Translations under genes and position numbers: made by a program
Notes under the pieces: model-generated
Told to the model about the DNA's origin: nothing
Database searches by the model: none
The model's input: only the letters and a program-made list of their open reading frames with translations
Source: an uncultured Gammaproteobacteria bacterium
GTDB taxonomy: Bacteria > Pseudomonadota > Gammaproteobacteria > GCA-002705445 > GCA-002716945
Direction: 5' to 3'
DNA: 64,000 nucleotides
NCBI GenBank assembly: GCA_902628335.1
Contig: CACOMO010000002.1
Location: forward strand, 143,684 to 207,683
Shown: piece after piece, positions 40,545-51,785 of the stretch
Layout: each line of letters begins with the position of its first letter
Position numbering within the stretch: position 1 is the stretch's first letter

Positions 40545-42128
40545 ATGATGAAAAATAAAGAGGAAAAAATTAAGGATTCTGTAGTGAAATCATCATTTAC
40601 TGTGGGTTTGATGACCTTCGTCTCCAGGATATCAGGATTTCTTCGAGATGTAGTATTTGCAAGTTACTTTGGTGCAGGATCAAATACTGATGCTTTTTTT
40701 GTAGCTTTTAAGATACCAAACTTTTTCAGAAGACTTTTTGCTGAAGGTGCATTTATACAATCATTTGTTCCAGTCCTGAATGATTATAAGGTAAATCGTC
40801 AACAAGATTTGAAAAAATTTATTAGCTATGTCCAAGGAAATCTTGGTTTTGTTTTAATAATTATTGTAACAGCAGGTATATTTTTTTCAGATCACGTCAT
40901 TGGCACATTTGCACCTGGTTTTGAGACCTCTAGTAATAGGTTCAATTTATCTTCTAATATGTTGCAAATTACCTTTCCTTATCTATTTTTTATTTCCCTC
41001 ACAGCCATGTCAGCAGGGATACTTAATACTTATGATAAATTTCTTCTTCCATCAATAACACCTGTACTATTGAATATCTCTCTAATTATGTTTGCCGTTT
41101 TTGCTTCAGGTTTAATTCAAGAACCTATTATGTCGCTTGCTTATGGTGTATTTGTTGCTGGAATTTTACAGTATTTAATTCAGATTCCCTCGCTAATCAA
41201 AATGGATTTGTTCGTACTACCACGTATAAGTTTGAAATTTGAAGGCGTAAACAGAGTGCTTAAGCTCATGTTGCCAGCAATGTTAGGGACAGCTGTTGTC
41301 CAAATAAATCTAATAATTGATTCGATTGTTGCCTCTCTGTTGGTAGCTGGAAGTATCAGTTGGCTGTATTATTCTGATAGACTTGTTGAACTTCCTCTTG
41401 GAATATTTGGTATTGCTATCGCGACGGTAATCCTCCCGAAGTTATCAGAGAATTACTCAAAAAATTCTATGGCTGAGTACTCCGAAATGATTCGAAGAGC
41501 TCTCAAAATTGCGCTAGTATTTAGTTTACCTGCAATGTTTGGTCTATTAGTTTTAGCGGAGCATGTTATATCTACCTTATTTCAATATGGTAACTTTACA
41601 ATAACAGATACCCTCATGAGCTCACTAAGCCTCGTTACATATGCAGTCGGGCTGCCTGCTTTTATTCTGATGAAAGTTTTGTTGACAGGCTTTTTCTCCA
41701 GACAAGATACTCTTACTCCCGTAAAATATGGAGCTATAGCTGTTATGTTTAACATTGTAATGAACCTCTCCGTTATTCTCTATTATTTCAAAAATCCTTT
41801 TCAAGGTGCTCATGCTTTGCTAGCACTAGCTACATCATTGTCAGCATGGCTACAAGTAATACTTCTTTACAGAAGATTATCAAGAGAGGGAATTATAGGA
41901 AAAAATTGTTTTCTGAACAGTGATTTCTACAAGTCATTAGTTAGCTGTATTGTCATGTCTATGTTATTAATTTTGCTCTTGCCTGAACTAAGTAAATGGA
42001 TCTCATACAAATATTATCTCAGGGGACTGTATATAGTAGCTTATGTAATACTTGGTGCACTAACATATTTATTGTTAATGAAAATTTTTAAAACGAATTT
42101 TAGACGGATGGTCTATGGAAATAATTGA
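40545..42128 (+). CDS. murJ: lipid II flippase MurJ (MviN)
   Basis: MOP-superfamily 14-helix protein. Conserved N-terminus GLMTFVSRISGFLRDVVFA. Divergent from rpsT. Confidence 0.9.
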   Translation: MMKNKEEKIKDSVVKSSFTVGLMTFVSRISGFLRDVVFASYFGAGSNTDAFFVAFKIPNFFRRLFAEGAFIQSFVPVLNDYKVNRQQDLKKFISYVQGNLGFVLIIIVTAGIFFSDHVIGTFAPGFETSSNRFNLSSNMLQITFPYLFFISLTAMSAGILNTYDKFLLPSITPVLLNISLIMFAVFASGLIQEPIMSLAYGVFVAGILQYLIQIPSLIKMDLFVLPRISLKFEGVNRVLKLMLPAMLGTAVVQINLIIDSIVASLLVAGSISWLYYSDRLVELPLGIFGIAIATVILPKLSENYSKNSMAEYSEMIRRALKIALVFSLPAMFGLLVLAEHVISTLFQYGNFTITDTLMSSLSLVTYAVGLPAFILMKVLLTGFFSRQDTLTPVKYGAIAVMFNIVMNLSVILYYFKNPFQGAHALLALATSLSAWLQVILLYRRLSREGIIGKNCFLNSDFYKSLVSCIVMSMLLILLLPELSKWISYKYYLRGLYIVAYVILGALTYLLLMKIFKTNFRRMVYGNN

Positions 42129-43038
42129 TAACTTACGAAAATTAGAGGCTCTCCGTAAAAGATCTGTTGTTACTATCGGTAATTTTGACGGAATTCATGC
42201 CGGTCATAGAGAATTGATCAAAGAGACACGATTATTGTCAGAGAGAAATAATATAAGCTCTATAGTTTTGACCTTTGACCCACTTCCTGAGGAATTTTTT
42301 AAGAGAGAGGGTTTCTTTAAATTAATGCCTATGACTGATAAATTACAGCATTTTAGAGAAGCTGGTATTGATGTAGTGATAAACATACCATTTACAAAAG
42401 AATTTTCAGAGATGTCTGCTTCGGATTTTATCAATGAAATCCTTATTAATAAGCTACAGACACAATACTTAATTGTTGGTAAAGATTTCAAATTTGGAAA
42501 TAATAGAGAAGGGAATTATGATACGTTGTCAAACGAGAAAAGTTTCAAAACAAATATAGTGAATATTATCAAAGATTGCGATGTGAAAATTAGCAGTTCT
42601 ATGATAAGAAAGCTGATCATGCGCGGAGATGTGGAAAGAGCTAACAACTATCTAGCAAATAGATTTGCCATGGATGGTTATATAGTTCACGGAGAAAAAA
42701 TGGGTAGGAAATTAGGCTACCCTACTGCGAACATTGAAATATGTAAATCGTTTCCAATAAATGGTATATTTTTGGTGGAAGTAGTTATTGAAAATACGGA
42801 AGTCAAATTTGGTTTAGCGAGCATAGGCAACAAACCAACATTTTCAGGAAAAAAAGACGTGTTAGAGGTTTTTATTTTTGATTATAATTCAGAAATTTAT
42901 GGAAAAAAAATGAAAGTATATTTTTATGAAAAATTGAGAAATCAGATAAAATTTGAAAATCAGGAAGACCTCATTATGCAAATGGATAATGACACTGCTA
43001 ATGCAAAGAATGTGCTAAAGGCTAAATATGGACTATAA
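42115..43038 (+). CDS. ribF: bifunctional riboflavin kinase / FMN adenylyltransferase
   Basis: N-terminal GNFDGIHAGH and a C-terminal riboflavin kinase domain. ribF-ileS-lspA-fkpB-ispH synteny. Confidence 0.9.
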   Translation: MEIIDNLRKLEALRKRSVVTIGNFDGIHAGHRELIKETRLLSERNNISSIVLTFDPLPEEFFKREGFFKLMPMTDKLQHFREAGIDVVINIPFTKEFSEMSASDFINEILINKLQTQYLIVGKDFKFGNNREGNYDTLSNEKSFKTNIVNIIKDCDVKISSSMIRKLIMRGDVERANNYLANRFAMDGYIVHGEKMGRKLGYPTANIEICKSFPINGIFLVEVVIENTEVKFGLASIGNKPTFSGKKDVLEVFIFDYNSEIYGKKMKVYFYEKLRNQIKFENQEDLIMQMDNDTANAKNVLKAKYGL

Positions 43039-45742
43039 GGATACTCTAAACCTTCCTTCAACTAAATTTCCTATGAAGGCTAATCTACCACAAAAAGAAC
43101 CTGAAATACTCAAATTTTGGGATGATATCAATTTGTATCAAAGTATAAGATCGAAAATGAGTGGCGCGGATAAGTACACGCTACATGATGGACCACCCTA
43201 TGCAAATGGAGATATTCATATTGGTCATGCTGTTAATAAAATACTTAAAGATTTTGTTGTGAAAAGTAGAACAATGTTTGGTTATGACTGTCCATTTATC
43301 CCAGGGTGGGATTGTCATGGTCTACCTATAGAGCTTATGGTAGAAAAAAAATATGGCAAATCTAAATTTAAAGATAATAAAAATGCTTTTAGAAAAGCTT
43401 GTAGGGACTTTGCATCAAAACAAGTAAAAAAACAAAAGTTAGATTTCATCAGATTAGGCATCACAGCTGACTGGAGTAACCCATACCTTAGTATGGATAA
43501 AGATTTTGAAGCATCAACTATTGAGAGTTTTGCGAAAATATTATCCAATAATCATGTCTATTATGGTTCAAAACCAGTTCATTGGTGTATAGAATCTGAA
43601 TCTGCACTAGCAGAAGCTGAAGTTGAATATCAGGATGTAACATCTAAATCTTTATACGTTGTGTTCAATTCGAAGATGGATAACGAGAGTGTTGGTTTAG
43701 TTGTTTGGACAACAACGCCTTGGACTTTGCCAGCTAATAGAGCTATTGCGGTTGGTGGAGACATAGGGTATTGCGTTGCCCAAAATGGAGGAAAAAAATA
43801 TATTTTTGCTATGGATCTACTCACACATATTGAGAATGAACTAAATATTAAATTAAATATTGTAAAAAAATGCTCTGCAGAAGATCTGTTGAAATTAAAA
43901 GCAAGGCATCCCTTCTATGATTTAGAAGTACCAGTAATTGTAGCACCTCACGTAAACACTGAAACAGGAACAGGGCTAGTTCATATAGCTCCTGGTCACG
44001 GACAAGAAGACTACTTAGCAGGAGTAGAGAATGATCTTGAAGTGTTCAATCCGGTTGATGAGAAAGGATTCTATAATGAATCTCTTGAATTTTTTGGTGG
44101 TATAAATGTAAGGGATGCTGATAAATCTATAATTGAAAAAATAAAAAATAATGATTGTTTACTAGGAGTAAAAGATTATTCGCATAGTTATCCACATTGC
44201 TGGAGGTTCAAAACACCTCTTATATTCCGGGCTACACCACAATGGTTCATTAGTATGGAGAATAATAACCTAAGGAGCACTGTGAGAGACTCAATAGACA
44301 GAGTTGAATGGGTGCCTAGCTGGGGCTTAGAGAGAATAAAAAATATGATAAATAACCGTCCAGACTGGTGTATATCTAGGCAGAGATTTTGGGGTGTCCC
44401 AATTCCCCTTCTGGTTCATAGAGAATCTGGTGAGCTTCACCCTAAAATACATGAATTTTTAAAAAAAGCAGCTGACATTGTAAGACAAGGTAACATTGAG
44501 GCTTGGTTTGAATATGATAAAACTAAAATCCTCAGTGAGAGTCTCGAAGATTATGAAATAGTTACAGATACACTTGATGTGTGGTTCGACTCAGGCGTGA
44601 CCCATATATCGGTAATGGAAGAAAGAGAAAATACAGAACAAGCAGATCTCTACTTAGAAGGATCAGACCAACATAGAGGTTGGTTTCAATCATCATTATT
44701 AACATCATTAGCAATTAAAGAGAAAGCGCCGTATAAAAAAGTTCTTACTCATGGATTTGTAGTAGATGCTAATGGCCAAAAAATGTCTAAATCACTTGGT
44801 AATGTGATATCGCCACAAGCAATAATTAAAGATAAAGGATCAGATATTCTTAGATTATGGGTTGCTACAACAGATTACACAAAGGAGATGAATATTTCAG
44901 ACGAAATTATCAAGAGAACAAGCGAGTCGTACAGGAGGATAAGGAATACACTTAAATTCCTCATCTCAAACATAAATGATTTTGATAATAACAGCATAGA
45001 GTTCAATAAACTTACTTTACTAGATAAATGGATTCTTTGGGAAACAAAGAACTTACAAGAGAGAGTGAAGAAAAATTACAAAGACTTTAAATTTCATCAA
45101 ATTGTTCAAGATATTCAGAATTTTTGCACCATTCACCTTGGTGGATACTATCTTGATATCATAAAAGATAGATTATACACAACGAAAAAAGAATCAATAG
45201 CGAGGAGGTCATGTCAAACATCATGCTTTGAAATACTTAATTTTTTGAATTTAGCTATTGCTCCAATTCTATCGTTTACATCAGAAGAGACTTTCAGATA
45301 CTATAAGGAGGGTAAGGACTCAATCTTCCTAGAAGAATGGAAAGATATCTCTATTGATTTAACAGAAAATGAAATTAATACAGGGAAAATACTATTTAAC
45401 CTTAAGGAACACATATCTAGAGAATTAGAGGATGTCAGGAATAACGGTGTAATCAAATCATCACTGGACGCAGACATAGAACTTAGTATTGAATCTAGAA
45501 GTTATATCGCATTAAAAGAATTCGAAACAGAGCTTAAATTTATATTTATATCATCAAAATTTTCTTTATTAGAAGCTAAAGATGGTAATCTACAAATAAA
45601 AATTAGAAAAAGTAATGAGAAAAAATGTGAGAGATGTTGGCATCGAGATGAAACTGTCGGAACAATTACTGAACATAATCAAATTTGTCAAAGGTGTTAT
45701 TCAAATATCTTCGATAGCGGCGAAGTGAGAACCTTGGGTTAA
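43028..45742 (+). CDS. ileS: isoleucyl-tRNA synthetase
   Basis: HIGH motif PYANGDIHIGH, KMSKS, and a C-terminal zinc finger CERCW..CQRC. Confidence 0.95.
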   Translation: MDYKDTLNLPSTKFPMKANLPQKEPEILKFWDDINLYQSIRSKMSGADKYTLHDGPPYANGDIHIGHAVNKILKDFVVKSRTMFGYDCPFIPGWDCHGLPIELMVEKKYGKSKFKDNKNAFRKACRDFASKQVKKQKLDFIRLGITADWSNPYLSMDKDFEASTIESFAKILSNNHVYYGSKPVHWCIESESALAEAEVEYQDVTSKSLYVVFNSKMDNESVGLVVWTTTPWTLPANRAIAVGGDIGYCVAQNGGKKYIFAMDLLTHIENELNIKLNIVKKCSAEDLLKLKARHPFYDLEVPVIVAPHVNTETGTGLVHIAPGHGQEDYLAGVENDLEVFNPVDEKGFYNESLEFFGGINVRDADKSIIEKIKNNDCLLGVKDYSHSYPHCWRFKTPLIFRATPQWFISMENNNLRSTVRDSIDRVEWVPSWGLERIKNMINNRPDWCISRQRFWGVPIPLLVHRESGELHPKIHEFLKKAADIVRQGNIEAWFEYDKTKILSESLEDYEIVTDTLDVWFDSGVTHISVMEERENTEQADLYLEGSDQHRGWFQSSLLTSLAIKEKAPYKKVLTHGFVVDANGQKMSKSLGNVISPQAIIKDKGSDILRLWVATTDYTKEMNISDEIIKRTSESYRRIRNTLKFLISNINDFDNNSIEFNKLTLLDKWILWETKNLQERVKKNYKDFKFHQIVQDIQNFCTIHLGGYYLDIIKDRLYTTKKESIARRSCQTSCFEILNFLNLAIAPILSFTSEETFRYYKEGKDSIFLEEWKDISIDLTENEINTGKILFNLKEHISRELEDVRNNGVIKSSLDADIELSIESRSYIALKEFETELKFIFISSKFSLLEAKDGNLQIKIRKSNEKKCERCWHRDETVGTITEHNQICQRCYSNIFDSGEVRTLG

Positions 45743-46234
45743 ATGAATCGACTATTTATACCAGGCATTTTTTCAATAGTCTTGCTAGATCTTTTTGTAA
45801 AATATGCCATCGAGTTTTTTGACTGGGGAACAAAACCTACATCAATCTCTCACTTTCTAATGATAAGTAAAACGTACAATAAAGGTTTATTCTTTGGGAT
45901 AGCGCACTCTAGCGATCTATTTGTAAATTATTCTATCATCCTCCTGATGACTTTAGTTATCCTAGCGCTCATTTTTTATGTCTGTAAGCTTCTAGATAGT
46001 AATAATAATTTATCTAGAGTATCAAAAATATCTTGGATGCTATTACTAGGTGGTGGGATTGCCAATTATATAGATCGAGTCATGGACAATAAGGTAACAG
46101 ATTATATTATCTTACATTATGACGAATTTTATTTCCCAGGAATTTTTAATATTGCTGATTTTTTTATATCAGTAGCATTCATTTTTCTTGTTATAGATAT
46201 ACTAATTTCTAATGAAAAAAAAGATAGAATATAA
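45743..46234 (+). CDS. lspA: lipoprotein signal peptidase II
   Basis: Four-helix membrane protein with conserved NxGxxF and FNIAD motifs. Confidence 0.85.
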   Translation: MNRLFIPGIFSIVLLDLFVKYAIEFFDWGTKPTSISHFLMISKTYNKGLFFGIAHSSDLFVNYSIILLMTLVILALIFYVCKLLDSNNNLSRVSKISWMLLLGGGIANYIDRVMDNKVTDYIILHYDEFYFPGIFNIADFFISVAFIFLVIDILISNEKKDRI

Positions 46235-46658
46235 GACAAAAGTTGATTTACATTATTCCATATCAAATAAGGATAATATAATATTTGAGTCCACTTTTGA
46301 TAAAAAACCAATTACATTAGAAATTGGTGACGGGACAATACCTCAAAAATTAGAAATAACTCTATATGGTCTTTGTGAACATGATTTACAGGAGATTGAA
46401 CTTCAACCAAAAGATGCTTTTGGATTAAGGGATGATAAAAATTTAAAAAACATCGCAAAAAAGGATTTCCCAAACGACCAAATGGTTAAAATAAACAACG
46501 TATTAGAGGTTGACGTGAAACAAAATGATGGGAAAATTACTTCGACATTTGCTATTATTAAAGAGATTAAACAAGATCAAGTAACGCTTGATTTAAATCA
46601 TCCTCTAGCAGGTATGATAATTAAATTTAAAGCAGAAATTGTTAAAATATATGACTAA
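46212..46658 (+). CDS. fkpB: FKBP-type peptidyl-prolyl isomerase (FkpB/SlpA-like)
   Basis: Short FKBP domain with an IF insert. Conserved position between lspA and ispH. Confidence 0.75.
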   Translation: MKKKIEYKTKVDLHYSISNKDNIIFESTFDKKPITLEIGDGTIPQKLEITLYGLCEHDLQEIELQPKDAFGLRDDKNLKNIAKKDFPNDQMVKINNVLEVDVKQNDGKITSTFAIIKEIKQDQVTLDLNHPLAGMIIKFKAEIVKIYD

Positions 46659-47607
46659 AAAATTAGATGGACTAAAAATTGTATTGGCAACTCCTAGAGG
46701 ATTTTGTGCAGGAGTTGAACGAGCCGTGGGAACGCTACAAAAAGCGATTGACTCATTTGATAGTCCTGTCTATGTTAAACACGAAGTTGTTCATAACAAA
46801 TTTATAATAGAAGACTTCAAGAAAAAAGGTGTCAAATTCATAGAGGATATAGACCTTGTTCCAGATAATTCTGTATTGATTTATAGTGCACATGGCGTAT
46901 CAAAAGATGTAAAAAAAGCTGCCCAGGAGAAAAATCTTAAAATCTTTGATGCAACATGTCCTCTAGTCACAAAAGTACACATTGAGGTCCATAAACACGC
47001 AAAAAATGGGACAGATGTAATTCTCATAGGCCATAATGGTCATCCTGAAATAGAGGGCACTATGGGGCAATATGACTCTGATAGAGGTAATATATATCTT
47101 ATTGAGGACGAGGAAGATGTTAGGAACCTAGAAATCGAAAATAATGACTTAGCTTACGTTACTCAAACTACATTATCCATGGATGATACGAGTAAAATCA
47201 TCCATTGCCTAAAAGAAAAATTTCCTCATATCCAATCTCCTGCAAAAGAGGATATTTGCTACGCTACACAGAACAGACAAGATGCAGTAAATTCTATTAT
47301 AGAATACTGTGATTTTTTAATCGTAATAGGATCAAAAAATAGCTCTAATTCAAAGAGACTAGCTGAACTAGCAGAAAAGAACTCAGTGCCCGCAGTTTTA
47401 ATAGATCATAAAGGTGATCTTGATATGGAATCATTGAGCGGTAAAAAAGTCATAGGCATAACAGCTGGAGCGTCAGCTCCTGAGATTCTGTTTAATGACG
47501 TACTCGATTATCTAATATTTCACGGAGCGAAGATCAAAGATTTTGGTCAAGAGAATAAAATAGAAAATATAACATTCGGACTTCCAAAGGAACTTAGGAA
47601 CCTATAA
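46639..47607 (+). CDS. ispH: 4-hydroxy-3-methylbut-2-enyl diphosphate reductase
   Basis: LytB family: PRGFCAGVERA, the three Cys motifs and SxN. Confidence 0.9.
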   Translation: MLKYMTKKLDGLKIVLATPRGFCAGVERAVGTLQKAIDSFDSPVYVKHEVVHNKFIIEDFKKKGVKFIEDIDLVPDNSVLIYSAHGVSKDVKKAAQEKNLKIFDATCPLVTKVHIEVHKHAKNGTDVILIGHNGHPEIEGTMGQYDSDRGNIYLIEDEEDVRNLEIENNDLAYVTQTTLSMDDTSKIIHCLKEKFPHIQSPAKEDICYATQNRQDAVNSIIEYCDFLIVIGSKNSSNSKRLAELAEKNSVPAVLIDHKGDLDMESLSGKKVIGITAGASAPEILFNDVLDYLIFHGAKIKDFGQENKIENITFGLPKELRNL

Positions 47608-47955
47608 GTCATGTGTAACATTATCATCTAGTTCCTCATCAGGCGGTGCGTATGAAGGGTCATTAGGATTAAGGAAGATAAACTCAAATTTATCTTTTTC
47701 AATTTCTACGAAATCAAGTTTACAATTTTTTAAGTTAACCATGGAATCAGGTGAGATAACTATTTCGATACTATTTATCTTAAGACGCAAGTCCTCTTCC
47801 TTTGATTGATCAAATCCCATCAGATAATTATACTTACCATCTTTAATGTCTACTGCAATCCTCAATGGCCATCCTTTTGAATCCGATGCCTCTGATGCCT
47901 TAGATATCTGCTTTGCCGCCTTGTCAGTTATTTCAAATATTTGTTTTTGTTTCAT
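47602..47955 (-). CDS. dsrR: IscA/HesB-like protein lacking the three conserved cysteines (DsrR-like)
   Basis: A-type carrier fold without the C..CGC motif. Last gene of the dsr operon, as in Allochromatium. Confidence 0.55.
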   Translation of the reverse strand: MKQKQIFEITDKAAKQISKASEASDSKGWPLRIAVDIKDGKYNYLMGFDQSKEEDLRLKINSIEIVISPDSMVNLKNCKLDFVEIEKDKFEFIFLNPNDPSYAPPDEELDDNVTHDL

Positions 47956-49310
47956 TTATTTTTCACTATAAAATCTAAGAAATTTTTTATCCATCTTATT
48001 TTACTGGTATCTCTTATATGACTATATGTAGCTATAAGATTTTTAACAATTATTCCATCAGACTTTCCATCTACGCCATATCCTCTTTTGACGTTAAAAG
48101 CGAAATCATTTCTAGCAAAGTCTCCCTCCAACCTTGAGTGGTGAAATTCATGACCAGGAATAGATTTTTTATGAGGAAGCCATAGATGTTTTTGTTTAGT
48201 TTCTAAATGCACGTAGCCTCTTCCAACAGGTTGGTCATGCATTGTTGTATCACCATCAATAGCTCCTATCATTTTGTATTTCCTATTTTTGAATTTTATA
48301 CTTTTAGATAAATACATCAACCCACCACACTCAGCATAAGTTGGGCCATAGTTATTTATAAAAGATTTTATCTCTTTTTTTAACGAGGTATTTCTGGATA
48401 ATTTGTCCAGATATAACTCTGGAAATCCACCACCAATTATCAATCCGTCAATACATGGGAGCTTCTTATCCTTGAGTGTGTTTATGTATTTGATCTTTAC
48501 ACCATGACTCAAGAGCTTATCAATATCATCTTGATAATAAAAACCAAATGCTTTATCACTAGCTATGCCTATAGTGATATTTTTAAATTTTTTTAAACGA
48601 TTAGTTGTCGTTGGCATAATTGAAGTATGATTTTTCTCACAAAGATTAGTAAATTTGACAATATCAACTGATGTTCTTATGACTTTTTTTATGGCTTGAA
48701 TTTTCTTATGAGCAAGACTTTCAAGGAAATAAGGTTTTAGACCTAGGTGCTGTTCTTCTATTATCAAATCCTTATTTTTCCAAATCGATCCTAATATCCT
48801 TATGTCTGAATATTTTTGAATAGAAGCTATTAACTTATCCTCGTGTCTACTTCCATTGACTTGATTGAGGATTAGACCATGATATTTAATTTTTGTGTCA
48901 AAAGATGTGTATCCATTTACTAGAGGTGCAATACCTCTCGTCATGCCCTCACAATCTATTACTAGTATGACTTTGAGACCTAATAATTTTGCCAATGCAG
49001 CATTACTGTCACTTCCATTTAATTTTACACCGTCAAAAAGACCCTTGTTAGCCTCAACCATCGATATTTCTGATTTGGCTGTTTTTTGACAAAACAAATC
49101 TCTTACCTCGTTGTTAGTCATGGTGTGAAAGTCAAGATTATAACAAGGGCGATTTGACGCAGCTGATAACCATAAAGGGTCTATATAATCTGGGCCTTTC
49201 TTGAATAAGGAGAGTTGTTTACATTTTTTTGACAAAATAGCTGTCAAGCCAATGGTAACTGTTGTTTTACCTGAAGATTTTTTTGTTGATGCTATTAGAT
49301 AGGAATTCAA
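47952..49310 (-). CDS. dsrN: siroheme amidase-like DsrN (cobyrinic acid a,c-diamide synthase family)
   Basis: CobB/CbiA-type N-terminal AAA domain STKKSSGKT plus a GATase domain. Position after dsrP. Confidence 0.8.
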   Translation of the reverse strand: MNSYLIASTKKSSGKTTVTIGLTAILSKKCKQLSLFKKGPDYIDPLWLSAASNRPCYNLDFHTMTNNEVRDLFCQKTAKSEISMVEANKGLFDGVKLNGSDSNAALAKLLGLKVILVIDCEGMTRGIAPLVNGYTSFDTKIKYHGLILNQVNGSRHEDKLIASIQKYSDIRILGSIWKNKDLIIEEQHLGLKPYFLESLAHKKIQAIKKVIRTSVDIVKFTNLCEKNHTSIMPTTTNRLKKFKNITIGIASDKAFGFYYQDDIDKLLSHGVKIKYINTLKDKKLPCIDGLIIGGGFPELYLDKLSRNTSLKKEIKSFINNYGPTYAECGGLMYLSKSIKFKNRKYKMIGAIDGDTTMHDQPVGRGYVHLETKQKHLWLPHKKSIPGHEFHHSRLEGDFARNDFAFNVKRGYGVDGKSDGIIVKNLIATYSHIRDTSKIRWIKNFLDFIVKNK

Positions 49311-49319
49311 AACTCACCA

Positions 49320-50534
49320 TTAACTATCAGATCCAACAGCTTTCTTTGCCTCTGGAGACTTTATGACTGTAGGTAAAAAATCTAGATTTGCAATACCTAT
49401 TAGCACAATAATAAGAGATAAAGCAACACCACCTAGTCCTAGACCTAACTCCCATATAGTTGGAATATAAGTATGGATGACATTGTCATAAAAACTACTC
49501 TCCAGAATTTCATAATTAGTGAACATTTTAAGTGGGTATGCTTGTCCAGCAATTATGATAACGTACATAGCAAGGAAACTTCCAACAAGTATTAACAAGG
49601 TAGCGCTCATTAAACTGGATTCTGATTTGTTTTCATCTCTGAATAATATATATAAAGGTAATATCAGACCTATGACAACCTGCCCAACCCAAAATGCAAT
49701 AGTATAAACACCACCATTTAAAAGAATAAATTTCTCAAATTCAAGGTGTTTGGATATATATAAATTTGTTACATGATATAAAATAAGAAAGTAAAGATTT
49801 GCAAATAGAAAAAGTAGGGTTAGTTTCCGTAAGTTTTGTAATATCTCTTCAGAAAAAAGTGTCTTTTGAAAATAATTAATTGCTTTCACTATAAGAAAAT
49901 ATACTACTGTCCCATACAGGAGAGACATTATTATAAATAATGGAGCTAATATTGCTGTGCCATAAGCCTCGCGTGAGATGAGGAAACCAAATATTGAACC
50001 TGTTCCTGTCGTTAAAACAATCCTCCAAGTGAAAGCGAAAATTCCAGCTGGTCTAGAAAACTTGTTTACATTTCTATCTAGCATGGTCCAAATATATATT
50101 GCTAAAATCCCTGCAAATCCAGAGTACAGGAAAATATTCCAAGCGAAGATGGATTTAAAATTATATGTCGTCATCGCTACTATTAATCTATCCGGCCTAC
50201 CAAGATCTAGGACTAATATGGCTAGTCCTGATATTAAAAAGGCCATAGCCAGTAAAGCTGACAATGGGGCAAGGGGTTTGTATAACTTTTTATCAAATAC
50301 CGATGATATAGACGCAATGTTTAATACACCAGACGCTATGACTATTAAGAGGACTGCAAAGATATGAGGTAATCCCCAAACAATTTGATTATTCATTCCT
50401 GTAACATAGTGACCCTCTGTCTCCATATAATGTGAGCACAAATAACCAATCAAAATGACAAAACCTAAACCAAAAAACATCATCCAAAAAGTTTTTGATT
50501 CTATCTGAAATTTCTTAAATATTATTTTTTCCAT
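49320..50534 (-). CDS. dsrP: DsrP (NrfD/PsrC-like quinone-interacting membrane subunit)
   Basis: Ten-helix NrfD-like membrane protein, translationally coupled to dsrO. Confidence 0.85.
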   Translation of the reverse strand: MEKIIFKKFQIESKTFWMMFFGLGFVILIGYLCSHYMETEGHYVTGMNNQIVWGLPHIFAVLLIVIASGVLNIASISSVFDKKLYKPLAPLSALLAMAFLISGLAILVLDLGRPDRLIVAMTTYNFKSIFAWNIFLYSGFAGILAIYIWTMLDRNVNKFSRPAGIFAFTWRIVLTTGTGSIFGFLISREAYGTAILAPLFIIMSLLYGTVVYFLIVKAINYFQKTLFSEEILQNLRKLTLLFLFANLYFLILYHVTNLYISKHLEFEKFILLNGGVYTIAFWVGQVVIGLILPLYILFRDENKSESSLMSATLLILVGSFLAMYVIIIAGQAYPLKMFTNYEILESSFYDNVIHTYIPTIWELGLGLGGVALSLIIVLIGIANLDFLPTVIKSPEAKKAVGSDS

Positions 50535-50536
50535 AT

Positions 50537-51277
50537 TTAAATGTTAGAGTAAGTAACTCTTTGCTTCAATGAGAGATCAGCTCGAAGTCGTCTATTTTGC
50601 TTAGTTTTAAGAGCTTGGCTTACTCTGCTGTTAGGATCAGATAAATCACCAAAAGATATAGCTTTGTGACCCTCTTTCATGCATGCTTCCTCACATGCGG
50701 TAGTGGGAATACCATGATCAATTCTATTAACACAAAAATTACAACTTTCCACGCAACCTTTGCCCCTAGGTGCAGTTGTAACTTGTTCAGTTAAATTTTC
50801 GTGAACAAATGATCTAGCTTTAAATGGGCATGCCATCATACAGTAACGACAACCTATACATGTATGCTGATTTACCATAACTATACCATCAACTCTCCGA
50901 AATGAAGCACCAGTTGGGCAAACGTCACAGCATGGTGGATTCTCACAGTGCTGGCATAACATTGGCACAACTTTAACCTTATCTGTTTTGATATCCTTTA
51001 TTGTTAGTTTTCTTATCCATTGTGAGTCTGTCTCAGGTCTATCAAAACCATACAAACCATTCTCTTCTACGCACGCATCAACACATGCTGTACAACCTTT
51101 AGCGCACTTATCAACGTCTATACTCATCGCCCATTTTGTATCTGAGTTAACTTCCTCGTTAAGTGGTTTTGCAGCTTGCGCAGAGGTAATTATGTCAGGA
51201 ATAAAATATACAGTCGACAGTAGAGAAATCGATTTCACTATAAAACCTCTTCGACTAAGTTTAGTGTCAATAGTCAT
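50537..51277 (-). CDS. dsrO: DsrO (periplasmic 4x[4Fe-4S] ferredoxin-like subunit, Tat signal)
   Basis: Twin-arginine motif SRRGFIVKS. Multiple CxxCxxCxxxCP motifs. Confidence 0.85.
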   Translation of the reverse strand: MTIDTKLSRRGFIVKSISLLSTVYFIPDIITSAQAAKPLNEEVNSDTKWAMSIDVDKCAKGCTACVDACVEENGLYGFDRPETDSQWIRKLTIKDIKTDKVKVVPMLCQHCENPPCCDVCPTGASFRRVDGIVMVNQHTCIGCRYCMMACPFKARSFVHENLTEQVTTAPRGKGCVESCNFCVNRIDHGIPTTACEEACMKEGHKAISFGDLSDPNSRVSQALKTKQNRRLRADLSLKQRVTYSNI

Positions 51278-51750
51278 TTTGCACCTTCGACATAACTGAC
51301 TAATTTTTCAATCTCTTTTGATACATGGTCGTGTGAATGATTGTAATTAAGACTAATATGAGCTTCTGGTTTTCTTCCTCTAGGCACGGACGCGTGACAT
51401 GAAAAACAATCTATATTAACAGCTGTTTGAATATGGCATGTTTGACAAAATTGTCCCTCAGAATTTATTGGTATCGGCTCGCCAACTTCATCATATGAGA
51501 CATGACAATCAATACAATTTGCAAAACTGTGATTCTTTGTTCTTAAGCCATTAATTACTGTTTTGTCTCGTTGATGATATAGAAAAACAAAGTGTTCTTT
51601 CTGCATTATCTCAGTAGGTTCCACACACTGTGTTGCATCATCTGCTTTTGATTTGCCTTTGATTGAGTGGTTTATGCCATCATGACTGTATATGTCAGGA
51701 GAGATTAAGAAAATTATCAGTAACAGAAGCCTTATCGCTAATTGGTACAC
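51274..51750 (-). CDS. dsrJ: DsrJ (periplasmic triheme cytochrome c)
   Basis: Three CxxCH motifs, CIDCH, CQTCH and CFSCH, with a signal peptide. Confidence 0.85.
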   Translation of the reverse strand: MYQLAIRLLLLIIFLISPDIYSHDGINHSIKGKSKADDATQCVEPTEIMQKEHFVFLYHQRDKTVINGLRTKNHSFANCIDCHVSYDEVGEPIPINSEGQFCQTCHIQTAVNIDCFSCHASVPRGRKPEAHISLNYNHSHDHVSKEIEKLVSYVEGAK

Positions 51751-51785
51751 TTTCTCCCTCCCAGATTTCTACCAATTGTGGGTAG